IMG/VR virus record: IMGVR_UViG_3300007551_000004
Coordinates: 400-64,399 of that record
Length of the DNA stretch: 64,000 nt
Strand: one strand, 5' to 3'
Source of the DNA: a virus
Taxonomy: Duplodnaviria > Caudoviricetes
A program made the position numbers and the translations under genes. The notes below the pieces were generated by a model. The model saw only the letters and a program-made list of their open reading frames with translations, searched no databases and had not been told where the DNA came from. This document shows positions 55,507-64,000 of this stretch, piece after piece. The number at the start of each line of letters is the position of its first letter. Position 1 is the stretch's first letter.

Positions 55507-58500
55507 ATGGCAAATGCTTTAAAAAATTTTTTACAAGAAAGTTACTTAGCGAATAACGAAAGTATCGAGGATATAATTAATTATATTAATAATAATCCAG
55601 GTGAAAAACTAAATTTTTTTACCGAAAAATACCTTGACTCGTTTAACGAAGAAAAACTTTTTGGTAAAAGGATATTATCTTTTAAACAACAAACAGAACT
55701 AAACCACGCCATATTTGCTCAGGCGATGGTTGATGACGTCAAAGGTAATTTTCACGGTAAAACAGCTCAGCTATTATTAAGATCTTTAAGTACACCAATA
55801 AATAATGGTACAATAAACCCATATCAGCTAAGTAAAATATTTAAATCTCAACAAGGTCTTGTTGAGGTACCGATACATTTAGTACTTTATATTGGGGGGT
55901 TATATGATTTCTATTACCACTCTGAAAATTATAAACCAGATGAAAAAATAAATCTATCAAAGATAAACGGGATTACTGGGGCAAACGGTAAAGATATCTT
56001 AGAAAATGACATATTAGGTGGAGCCAATCCAGCTAGATTTATTTTTGATTCAAATGGATTAAAGGCGATTACCGCTCCATTTGTACAACCTATTACCCCT
56101 AAATTCGTTGACAACCATATGTTATCATATAGTGAATCATATGAGTCAACCAACGTAGCTAAAAACTATAGGGAGTATTATTTTGATTACACACTTGATA
56201 AGAATATACCATTAAGTAATAACATATCATCGCAAATACCAGTATATGGTTACGGTAATTTTAATAATTACCTAAATACCATGCATTATTTCTTTTTTGG
56301 TAAAGGTATTGACGGTAAAACAAATAACGATGGACCTAGTGTTAATGATAATGGTATACCCTACCATATAATTGGTAATTTTAATGGTAAATTAAAAACA
56401 ATTAAAACATACGATGACGCTAATATTAATTGTTTAGCGTCATATAATTCTTATGGACAAAAACTTAAATTCGATTTAACCAATATCGTATCCGAATTTA
56501 ATTCGATACTAAATGGGTTAGAACTAAACGATGAATTTTTATACGGTAAAAGTTTAAATCAGAAAAAAATAGATTTCTTTTTATTATTGGCTAAATTAAA
56601 AACCAACTTACTAGGCGGATATTCATTAACATCTGATATAGGTAATATAATTAGGAGTCTTTGTGTTACCACAAATTTATCTGCTAAACAAAACGGTAAA
56701 ACCATACCAGATTTTATTGCGATATTACTTTATTCTTTATTTCATCCAGAAGGTAAGGATCCGATAAATGAAACATTAGTTAGACCGAATAAAAAAACTA
56801 AAATATTAGAAAAATATCATGTTGATCTTGATGGTTACAACGGTTACATCGATTCGGATGGTAATTACCTAAGACCAGAATTTTTAATTAAAAATATCGA
56901 AACACTAGAGGGTAATTCGTTATACGATTACATCACATGGTATTTAAATAACGAGTGGTCAAAGGAACAGAATCAAAATGAGGCGGATAAATTAAGAAAG
57001 TTAGATGAAAAAGGTACTTTTGTTGTCTACCCATCAGCTGGCGGTGATATCGATATAGCAGCGTTTTTTGGTATCCCATTTAAAAACATTAGTAAAACTA
57101 ATGTTGTATCCAAAATAATAACTGGTGGTGATAAAATTACCAGTGACTTTGTTAAAAATGTAAAAGTTGGGGATTTAGAAGAGCTTAAAAATTACGAAAA
57201 CACAAAAATTGGTTCTAACCCAGAAAACCTAAATTATCATTTAGTTTTTGATTATATAAATAACAGCGAATTAACTAATCTCTTAGAGACAAACAACACA
57301 TTATTGGTGAGTAAACCAAATGATCAGATTACGAATTTTATCGATAGTGATTTTGAGTTTACGGAACAAAAATACAAAGAAGGGTTAAATTATTTTGATA
57401 AATATGATGATATTAAAATAGTAAGTAAAGATTATGATGACCTAGGGTTTTCAGGGTTTTATAATTTACAAAAAAATTTAACTAGAATGGTTTGGTTTGA
57501 AAACCCAGCCAATAATGAAACCGAAATTCTAGGATATGATTATAACAATAAATCATATACTTTAACCATAAATATAACAGAACTAAACCACTACGGTTTA
57601 AAAGGTTTGTTAGGTTTAAACAAAATATATAATAGGGATCATGCTCGTGAAGTAACTTATAACGATTTTAAACCAGGTATAAATTTATACACATTATATG
57701 ATGAAACTATTGATCGTAGATATATTTATGACGCACAGTCTGACCAAAGAGGCGATTTCGATACTTTAACAGCAAAATCATTAATAGATATATTTGATGT
57801 TGATAAGTTAGAAGATTTTAGGGAATTATTTAATCATTTTGCCAATCCTAAGTCAATTGATTATATGTCTGACGCTTTTGGTACTTTTAATTTTAAATCA
57901 TTATTAAAACACACAAATATATTTGGTTATAAACATTTACCAAATGACGTTTCTTTTGGCGGTAGAACATACACAAAAGATGAATTATATCTATTACTTA
58001 CTGGCTATTCTGGTATGTTTATGGATTTTGCATCAAAAACAGGTATATCTAAGCTAATAAACGCAACATTAACATTAGGTCAAAGAACTAAATCTGAGTT
58101 TGTTATACATGAGTTTATGTCATCTAAAATAACAGTAAATAATTACTCAATTGCAGGTCCTTTAAAAGTTAATAACACAGCTTTTAACCCCAAGGGTTTA
58201 AAATATAGTACCGCTTTATTTGAACCGATATTTGCGTTTGGTAATCAAACTAGAGACTATAACACACTTTCGCAAGCTCTAGGTGATAAACTATTGTTTA
58301 GAACATTATTATTCGGTAGCCAACCAATAAGGTCATACACTAATGGCGGTAATCAAGATGAGTTAATAAAAAAATATATACAATTTAAAGGCCTAACAAA
58401 AGGTTTAAGTTTATCATTGAGTGAGGAATTTGTTATTTCTGAATTAACAAAGACATTTTTTAGAAACCTTAATATTGAACTAAATGAAGGTAACCTACAA

Positions 58501-61500
58501 TTATTGGTTACGTATGTTAGGAACTATATAAAATATACCTTAAATAAAAACTCTGTATTTAATAAAGCCAAATACGATAACATTATATTGTATGGGGATT
58601 ATTATATTACTTATGAGAATGAAGAAGACCAAACTTTTAGACCTGGTCAAAGGACACAAAAAGCCGCAAACAATAATTCAGAGGGTGATAAGGATTTAAT
58701 AATTGGTTATAATGGTAAACCAATTATTGTTGGCGAGATTGTTAACGGTGAATACAAGCCAAATCAAAGTTACGTAAATTCATTAAATATTCTTATCGAT
58801 AAATTTGAGGACCTAAATGCTATTAATAATTTTAATAGTTTCATTAAAACAACAAATGAAAATTTAACAACAAAGTTACTTGAAACAGTTAATAGTTCAT
58901 TTAGAAACTTAAGTGAAAAATTATCTAGCCCAGAAGCCTCTTTAAATTTTGACCCAAACGCCCAAGATACGAGTAAGAGGGTTGAGAATACTAATCAAAA
59001 TATTAATGAGGCTGCTTATAGAGACATTAAAGCGGGTGTTTATTATAGGGTTAAAACTTTATATGATAAAAACGTTGCATTTAATAACGTTGACATAAAA
59101 GAGGAAACATTAATAAAACAATTTAGCCCCCAACTAGCCAAAGTTAACGTTAACGACATATTAAATAGCCCATTATTCTTTAATTTTAATACACAACAAA
59201 ATGATATATGTGACGATGATGGTATTTTGGTGGCTAACGCTAAATTAAAAGATTTATTTAGTTATGTTAGTGTTTTAGATAGAGGTAATAATGACTACGG
59301 TACTAAAGTTTTAGTTGACATCGTGTCACTAAAAAATAGTATAAATGACGAATTAATTAACATTGAAAACATAGATAATGTTACTGGTAGATCAATGTGG
59401 TCAGTTTTATCAAAATTAGCTTCTGACCATGAATTTTTATTACTACCACTATCTTCATACATAAATTTAAATGGTGCTGTCGCTGAAAAAGAAGGTAGAG
59501 AGGGTGCTTATGAGTTAGCACATGATATGTTTGGGGTTTTCAAAGACTTAGACATGTGGGAATCAAACCCAGCATTCATATTTCAGCTAGGTTCATTGAC
59601 GTCAAATATTAAAGATTCTGGCCGAGAAAAAAATTCGGCTAACTTGGGTTACGATTTAAGTAACACATTCTGTTTGGATTTGGATAGTAACACACTAAAC
59701 CAATCTGATAAGATGGCAGAAATTAATGACGAAAATGTCCCAGACGACATTAAGAATTCAAATATATCCGCTTTTATTGTTGATTTTGGTAATCAAAATC
59801 AAAACATGTTCCAGAACATACAAATATCGACTGAAGAATTTACAAACACCGAAGAAAGTATTAAGGCGGCAGTTGCTTTAGCGTCTGATTCAATACCGAC
59901 ACTGTCTAGTGGTAAGTTATTTAGTGCGATGGAAACTAGATCGTATTCTTGTACGGTAACTAGTTTAGGTAACGCAACGATACAACCTTTATCTTATTTC
60001 TATCTTAGAAACGTACCACTATTCTATGGATCTTATTGGATTACAAATGTAAGTCATAGAATTACGCCAAATACGATGACGACAACATTTAAAGGCGTTA
60101 GACAACCCATCACCAAAAAACCAACCGCTAATGCAACCGTAATTACGTACCTAATTAAAAAAGCTAATGAGAGGTTTAATGAATTCGGTGGTTTAAGTAG
60201 AGATAACGAAACACCCATAGCTACTAGCGGTAAAATATACATGGATCGTGGCTTTACAACAGCGAGTGATGGGGTTAATAACTCAAAATTAGATACTAGA
60301 GGTTACGGCCTTGCTTATCAAGAAGGTACAACTGAAACTGGTAAGTATGTGACATATAATGGTGTTTGGATTGTTGGGTCGTATCTTAAACTAATGACTG
60401 GTGGCGATGAAACAGATAAACTATTAATAAAAACATTAATATCTTATTTACTTAATAATGCGATTGAGATATCTAAACTTGATAGTGGGGCGGCAACGTA
60501 CCAGTTTACTGGGGTTGCACCATATATGATAGATGTGATTGCCCACGATATGGCCTATAAACTAGGTAGGGGTGATTTATCCTTATCATCACTTATTAGC
60601 GAATATAATACATCATCTGGTGACGTATATGAAACAATGTTAACAGAAATATCAACATTTGGTGAAGATTCGCAAAAATTATATGACTATTTAAAGGCTA
60701 ATGATGAGGATTTCTATTACCCTTATAAATCACTAATAACGAGCTCCACAGACAAAGTCGTTGAAAACGGTAAAGACATACCTAAAATAACTTTCCCTTC
60801 TGAAATTAATGATAAAAAAAGGTTTGACATTAATACTAGGGTAAATGCTTGGGTAAGCGACCAAACACCTAGTTGGGATCGAACCATGCATGGTTTTAGT
60901 ACATATGGGTTAACCAATATGATATTTAAAACTGGTAAAGTTAGTGACGGTAGTGATAATATTAATTTATTTATCACATTAAATGCGGTACCACAGAAAA
61001 TGGAGATAACATTTTTTGATGCGGCACCGACCAAAAAAAGCGTGGTGTTTATAAACGGTGGTATGAGTTGGGATGAAAATTCATATAAATTTGATTTATT
61101 AAATTATTTAAACACTGATAATACAAATAAATTAGTTTGGAATAACTATAAATCAAACCCAGGTACATTATCTTTAGCTTTGGTTGTACCTAAGAGCTTG
61201 TTCACAAACCTATCACCAGGTAAAAATTACAAAGCGATTGTAAAAGTAACTTATAGCGGTACAAACCCAACTTACATAAATACGGGTAATGGTAGTAAGG
61301 ATTATTTTGATATAAAGGACCCAAAAAATAATATGACGCTACCAGCAAGCCCAGTTGATTTTAGAGCCAATGAACCAACTGGATCCAATAGCGTTGTTGT
61401 TTTAGGTGCAAAACAAAATGGTGATTTTGACTGGGATTCAGCGGTTAATTCAGAATATGTTCTTGTATGTGATGACCCCAAAAATACACAAAAATATTCT

Positions 61501-62733
61501 GTGAATGTTATGGGTGCATGGGGTAAAACGAAAAAGTATACATTCTTAAAAAGCGCTAGTTCGGATGACACTAATAAAGGTAATACGATTAACAGAAGCG
61601 AATTCGCTTTCTTAAACATAGAAGCTTTAGGTTTATATGATGAGGAAGAGAAGAAAAAGGACTGGACAATTAGAGATGTTACATCGGAACAAACCGATAA
61701 TAAATATGTTGCCCCAGCAACTACTTATGGTAGTTCTTTCGGTACAGTTCAAGGTAAACCACTGGACAGCATAACCTACACCAGCGGTTTTGGTATGAGA
61801 ACCATTAAGGGTAGAACAAGAATGCACGAGGGTGTGGATTTGAGAGCAGTTATTGGTACACCAGTCTATAGTTCATATGAAGGTAATGTTGTTGCCGCTG
61901 GATATTATGGCGGGTGGGGTAACATGATAATGATCAGACACGATGCTTTAAATATATCAACACTATACGGACATTTAAGTACTATCCAGGTGAACGCTAG
62001 TGGTAAAGTACTCACAAATAAAACACCCGTTAGGGCTGGAGAACAAATTGGTTTGAGTGGTGATACTGATGCCCCAGGCCAACCACACTTACACTATGAA
62101 GTTAGGCAAGGTTTAGCGGATGATTATAATAGTTTTGTTGGTTTACAACCACTGGACCCTAAACTTTGGATAGACCAAGCTAGTGGTAGTGGTGATAAAG
62201 CAGCGTTAGTGGGTACTGATAGTGATTTTTGGAAATTAGTAACAATATGTGCTTGTGAAAATTATATAGACCAACCACAAGGTATGGCTGATGTTGCCCA
62301 ATCAATTTATAATAGGTTAAACTTACAAGGTGGGTACGGGAAAACGATAAGTGAGATTATTATGAAGGAAGGCCAGTATGCACCAACATTTAAAACTAAA
62401 TCACTTTGGAACGCTATCAAAGATAAACAAACCGCAATAACAGCGTATATGGCAACTAAAAGTGTTGATAATGAAACGGCTGTACTTAGAATTAATACCG
62501 CACTAAATGCGATAACAAATAAAACGCTAATGGCTAATGCAGCAACATTTGTTGGTTCTAGAACAGAATTTTTAGCCGCACCACCAACGTCAGTTGGTGT
62601 TGGTGTTGTTGAAAGGGAACCAAAGGGTAAAAACAATGCTTTTTTCTGGGCATACAGCGGACAAACAAAATATTATGACACTGGTAATCTAGCAGCAACA
62701 AAAATACCTGATAAGATAAGTAACCACGCATAA
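55507..62733 (+). CDS. Giant baseplate hub (gp27/gpD-like) fused to M23 peptidase and SleB-like cell-wall hydrolase
   Basis: Hub-like GNATIQP...F.G.YWITNVSHRITP..MTT.F.G.R. M23 HEGVD, GWGN, YGHL, PHLHYE. SleB-like ACE...G.ADVAQSIYNR...Y.KTI.EII.KEGQYAP. Confidence 0.8.
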   Translation: MANALKNFLQESYLANNESIEDIINYINNNPGEKLNFFTEKYLDSFNEEKLFGKRILSFKQQTELNHAIFAQAMVDDVKGNFHGKTAQLLLRSLSTPINNGTINPYQLSKIFKSQQGLVEVPIHLVLYIGGLYDFYYHSENYKPDEKINLSKINGITGANGKDILENDILGGANPARFIFDSNGLKAITAPFVQPITPKFVDNHMLSYSESYESTNVAKNYREYYFDYTLDKNIPLSNNISSQIPVYGYGNFNNYLNTMHYFFFGKGIDGKTNNDGPSVNDNGIPYHIIGNFNGKLKTIKTYDDANINCLASYNSYGQKLKFDLTNIVSEFNSILNGLELNDEFLYGKSLNQKKIDFFLLLAKLKTNLLGGYSLTSDIGNIIRSLCVTTNLSAKQNGKTIPDFIAILLYSLFHPEGKDPINETLVRPNKKTKILEKYHVDLDGYNGYIDSDGNYLRPEFLIKNIETLEGNSLYDYITWYLNNEWSKEQNQNEADKLRKLDEKGTFVVYPSAGGDIDIAAFFGIPFKNISKTNVVSKIITGGDKITSDFVKNVKVGDLEELKNYENTKIGSNPENLNYHLVFDYINNSELTNLLETNNTLLVSKPNDQITNFIDSDFEFTEQKYKEGLNYFDKYDDIKIVSKDYDDLGFSGFYNLQKNLTRMVWFENPANNETEILGYDYNNKSYTLTINITELNHYGLKGLLGLNKIYNRDHAREVTYNDFKPGINLYTLYDETIDRRYIYDAQSDQRGDFDTLTAKSLIDIFDVDKLEDFRELFNHFANPKSIDYMSDAFGTFNFKSLLKHTNIFGYKHLPNDVSFGGRTYTKDELYLLLTGYSGMFMDFASKTGISKLINATLTLGQRTKSEFVIHEFMSSKITVNNYSIAGPLKVNNTAFNPKGLKYSTALFEPIFAFGNQTRDYNTLSQALGDKLLFRTLLFGSQPIRSYTNGGNQDELIKKYIQFKGLTKGLSLSLSEEFVISELTKTFFRNLNIELNEGNLQLLVTYVRNYIKYTLNKNSVFNKAKYDNIILYGDYYITYENEEDQTFRPGQRTQKAANNNSEGDKDLIIGYNGKPIIVGEIVNGEYKPNQSYVNSLNILIDKFEDLNAINNFNSFIKTTNENLTTKLLETVNSSFRNLSEKLSSPEASLNFDPNAQDTSKRVENTNQNINEAAYRDIKAGVYYRVKTLYDKNVAFNNVDIKEETLIKQFSPQLAKVNVNDILNSPLFFNFNTQQNDICDDDGILVANAKLKDLFSYVSVLDRGNNDYGTKVLVDIVSLKNSINDELINIENIDNVTGRSMWSVLSKLASDHEFLLLPLSSYINLNGAVAEKEGREGAYELAHDMFGVFKDLDMWESNPAFIFQLGSLTSNIKDSGREKNSANLGYDLSNTFCLDLDSNTLNQSDKMAEINDENVPDDIKNSNISAFIVDFGNQNQNMFQNIQISTEEFTNTEESIKAAVALASDSIPTLSSGKLFSAMETRSYSCTVTSLGNATIQPLSYFYLRNVPLFYGSYWITNVSHRITPNTMTTTFKGVRQPITKKPTANATVITYLIKKANERFNEFGGLSRDNETPIATSGKIYMDRGFTTASDGVNNSKLDTRGYGLAYQEGTTETGKYVTYNGVWIVGSYLKLMTGGDETDKLLIKTLISYLLNNAIEISKLDSGAATYQFTGVAPYMIDVIAHDMAYKLGRGDLSLSSLISEYNTSSGDVYETMLTEISTFGEDSQKLYDYLKANDEDFYYPYKSLITSSTDKVVENGKDIPKITFPSEINDKKRFDINTRVNAWVSDQTPSWDRTMHGFSTYGLTNMIFKTGKVSDGSDNINLFITLNAVPQKMEITFFDAAPTKKSVVFINGGMSWDENSYKFDLLNYLNTDNTNKLVWNNYKSNPGTLSLALVVPKSLFTNLSPGKNYKAIVKVTYSGTNPTYINTGNGSKDYFDIKDPKNNMTLPASPVDFRANEPTGSNSVVVLGAKQNGDFDWDSAVNSEYVLVCDDPKNTQKYSVNVMGAWGKTKKYTFLKSASSDDTNKGNTINRSEFAFLNIEALGLYDEEEKKKDWTIRDVTSEQTDNKYVAPATTYGSSFGTVQGKPLDSITYTSGFGMRTIKGRTRMHEGVDLRAVIGTPVYSSYEGNVVAAGYYGGWGNMIMIRHDALNISTLYGHLSTIQVNASGKVLTNKTPVRAGEQIGLSGDTDAPGQPHLHYEVRQGLADDYNSFVGLQPLDPKLWIDQASGSGDKAALVGTDSDFWKLVTICACENYIDQPQGMADVAQSIYNRLNLQGGYGKTISEIIMKEGQYAPTFKTKSLWNAIKDKQTAITAYMATKSVDNETAVLRINTALNAITNKTLMANAATFVGSRTEFLAAPPTSVGVGVVEREPKGKNNAFFWAYSGQTKYYDTGNLAATKIPDKISNHA

Positions 62734-62751
62734 CTTTTCTATTTTATCAGA

Positions 62752-62758
62752 TATTTAT
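62752..62758 (+). promoter_or_regulatory. TATTTAT putative late-promoter motif
   Basis: 16 nt upstream of ATG 62775. Confidence 0.55.
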
Positions 62759-62774
62759 TAATAAATAAACAAGT

Positions 62775-63002
62775 ATGAATACTTTTAGCAATAAATTAGA
62801 TCAATTTTTAGGTAAAAAAATTGAACAAGCTCAAATAGGTGAAGAAGTTTGTGACCTTAACACTGGAATTTGTTATATTAAAACAAAAGATGGTTTAATA
62901 GAAAAAACTCTAATTGAGAAAAAATTAGTAATGGAAGATGGTAGAGAGTTGTTGAGAGAAGAGACACCAATAAGCCACAGTAATAAAACATTTTTAAGAT
63001 GA
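62775..63002 (+). CDS. Hypothetical protein
   Basis: 75-aa ORF after the late motif; ATGA overlap with the next gene. Confidence 0.7.
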   Translation: MNTFSNKLDQFLGKKIEQAQIGEEVCDLNTGICYIKTKDGLIEKTLIEKKLVMEDGRELLREETPISHSNKTFLR

Positions 63003-63682
63003 GTAAGAAATTAGACACATTGTTATCTGAAGAAATCAAAAGATTTAACAGCATAATGAAATACCAAGAAAAGGTAAATGAGGGTATGCATTATAAGTTT
63101 TATGAAGCTGAGGAAGAACCAATCGCTGACGAACCAGCAATTGAGGAACCAGTTGAGGACCCTAATATGGATGCACCAGTTGACGCTAACGTTGATACAA
63201 CGGCACCTGAAGAAACTGTTCCTGAAGATTTACCTGGTGATGAAACAGCTATTGATGGTTTGGATACACAAGCTGAAGATGGAGACATTGAGGTTGATGT
63301 TACTGACTTGGTCAATTCAACAAAGGAAATGGCTGCTAAATCGGAAGATATTATACAAAAAATAGCTAACTCAAACCAAAAAATTGAAGATATAATTAAT
63401 AAAGTTGGTCGTGTTGAACAAAATTTAGAAAAAATGGAAGCCTTAGTTCAAAAAATGGATGCCATGGCAAAACAAGTTGAATTAATGAGACCACCAACAG
63501 AAGAAGAAAGAAGAAAAGCTTTGGCTAAAGATTCTTACCCATTCAATGTAACACAGGATGAATATTTGTCTGGATCTAGCGTTAAAACACAAACTGACCT
63601 AGAAACTAGACCAGATAAATTATCTATGATGGATAGCTTAATGGCAAATTATAACGAAATGGATATTAGAAATAGCTTTTAA
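62999..63682 (+). CDS. Acidic/coiled-coil hypothetical protein (possible head-internal or scaffold-like)
   Basis: N-terminal LLSEEIKRFNSIM, an acidic Pro-rich linker, then a coiled coil. Confidence 0.7.
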   Translation: MSKKLDTLLSEEIKRFNSIMKYQEKVNEGMHYKFYEAEEEPIADEPAIEEPVEDPNMDAPVDANVDTTAPEETVPEDLPGDETAIDGLDTQAEDGDIEVDVTDLVNSTKEMAAKSEDIIQKIANSNQKIEDIINKVGRVEQNLEKMEALVQKMDAMAKQVELMRPPTEEERRKALAKDSYPFNVTQDEYLSGSSVKTQTDLETRPDKLSMMDSLMANYNEMDIRNSF

Positions 63683-63693
63683 TTAAAAAAATT

Positions 63694-63999
63694 ATGAACT
63701 CAAGACAACAAATTTTAATAACACAGAAATTAACAGTCGGTGACCCAGCAATAGGTTTTGTTGAGACACCAGAATATACAATTGAATATTATGGTTTTAT
63801 CGGTTTAGGTAACACAAACGATACGGTCATTGTAACATTAAATGGTGTTGAAGACGTACCATTATCAATGATGGGTATGATTGAATGCCCTATTGAATCG
63901 CTAGAAGTTACATCGATAAACAAGAGTGAAAGTGAGCCTGCACCCACATATGTTGGGCTTTTAGTGTTCGGAATTAAGAAATTCAAAACCCTGTTTTAA
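63694..63999 (+). CDS. Hypothetical protein
   Basis: 101-aa complete ORF ending in TAA at 63999. Confidence 0.65.
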   Translation: MNSRQQILITQKLTVGDPAIGFVETPEYTIEYYGFIGLGNTNDTVIVTLNGVEDVPLSMMGMIECPIESLEVTSINKSESEPAPTYVGLLVFGIKKFKTLF

Positions 64000-64000
64000 A

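Larger units (their letters stand above)
1..64000. other. Segment of a jumbo contractile-tailed (myovirus-type) phage genome
   Basis: Neck, sheath, tube, tape-measure and baseplate genes occur with a family-B polymerase, sigma factor, SNF2 helicase, phoH and dut. Packing is dense with ATGA/TAATG overlaps. No host housekeeping genes. Confidence 0.93.

Noticed and set aside
30435-62733. Bacterial eCIS/tailocin or T6SS locus rather than a phage
   Set aside because: Head-tail neck proteins, PolB, a phage sigma factor, phoH and phage-like gene packing indicate a virus
1070-63986. Dozens of short antisense or alternate-frame ORFs in the ORF track (e.g. 3334-3675, 8171-8560, 23522-23950, 42314-42820, 46318-46893)
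   Set aside because: They lie wholly within long, motif-bearing ORFs, have shadow-frame composition (S/L/F/I-rich) and show no recognisable motifs
1-64000. Genome-wide TGA reassignment (code 4/25) to explain the interrupted gene
   Set aside because: TGA ends several genes in ATGA overlaps, conserved Trp residues use TGG, only two internal TGAs were seen, and they align to Leu rather than Trp or Gly
1-64000. Eukaryotic giant virus (TATA-like motifs, many GTs, PolB, SNF2)
   Set aside because: Contractile tail sheath, tube and baseplate genes, peptidoglycan hydrolases, operonic overlaps and rho-independent terminators are bacteriophage traits

Overview
AT-rich (roughly 30% GC by eye), about 95% coding segment of a jumbo, distantly T4-like contractile-tailed (myo-type) bacteriophage. 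The host is probably Bacteroidota: there is a TTTG-N19-TAnnTTTG promoter before the polymerase, and starts are A-rich without Shine-Dalgarno. The left arm (mostly minus strand) carries a gp5-like spike gene, a gp55-like sigma factor, a ~13 kb glycan-modification cluster, WYL and DUF397-like small proteins, a family-B DNA polymerase with an inserted domain, a neck protein, a GP88-like Cys-cluster protein and an SNF2 helicase. The glycan cluster has six glycosyltransferase genes (three of them two-domain fusions), an FkbM methyltransferase, a pyruvyltransferase-like gene and an HldE-type kinase, with phoH and dut interspersed. The right arm (plus strand) is the tail module: neck/terminator, sheath, tube, chaperone pair, two tandem paralogous tape-measure-like genes, and giant baseplate proteins, one ending in M23 and SleB-like lytic domains. 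The most notable oddities are five. (1) Two in-frame TGA codons sit at Leu positions inside a 58-60 aa tandem repeat and split a ~2900-aa baseplate gene. (2) A 142-codon, direct-repeat-flanked segment lies inside the polymerase exonuclease region. (3) The tape-measure gene is duplicated. (4) There is a candidate +1/-2 frameshift in the tail chaperone pair. (5) A TATTTAT late-promoter-like motif recurs before virion genes. All product calls come from motif recognition only; no database searches were run. No tRNA, rRNA or CRISPR array was recognised.
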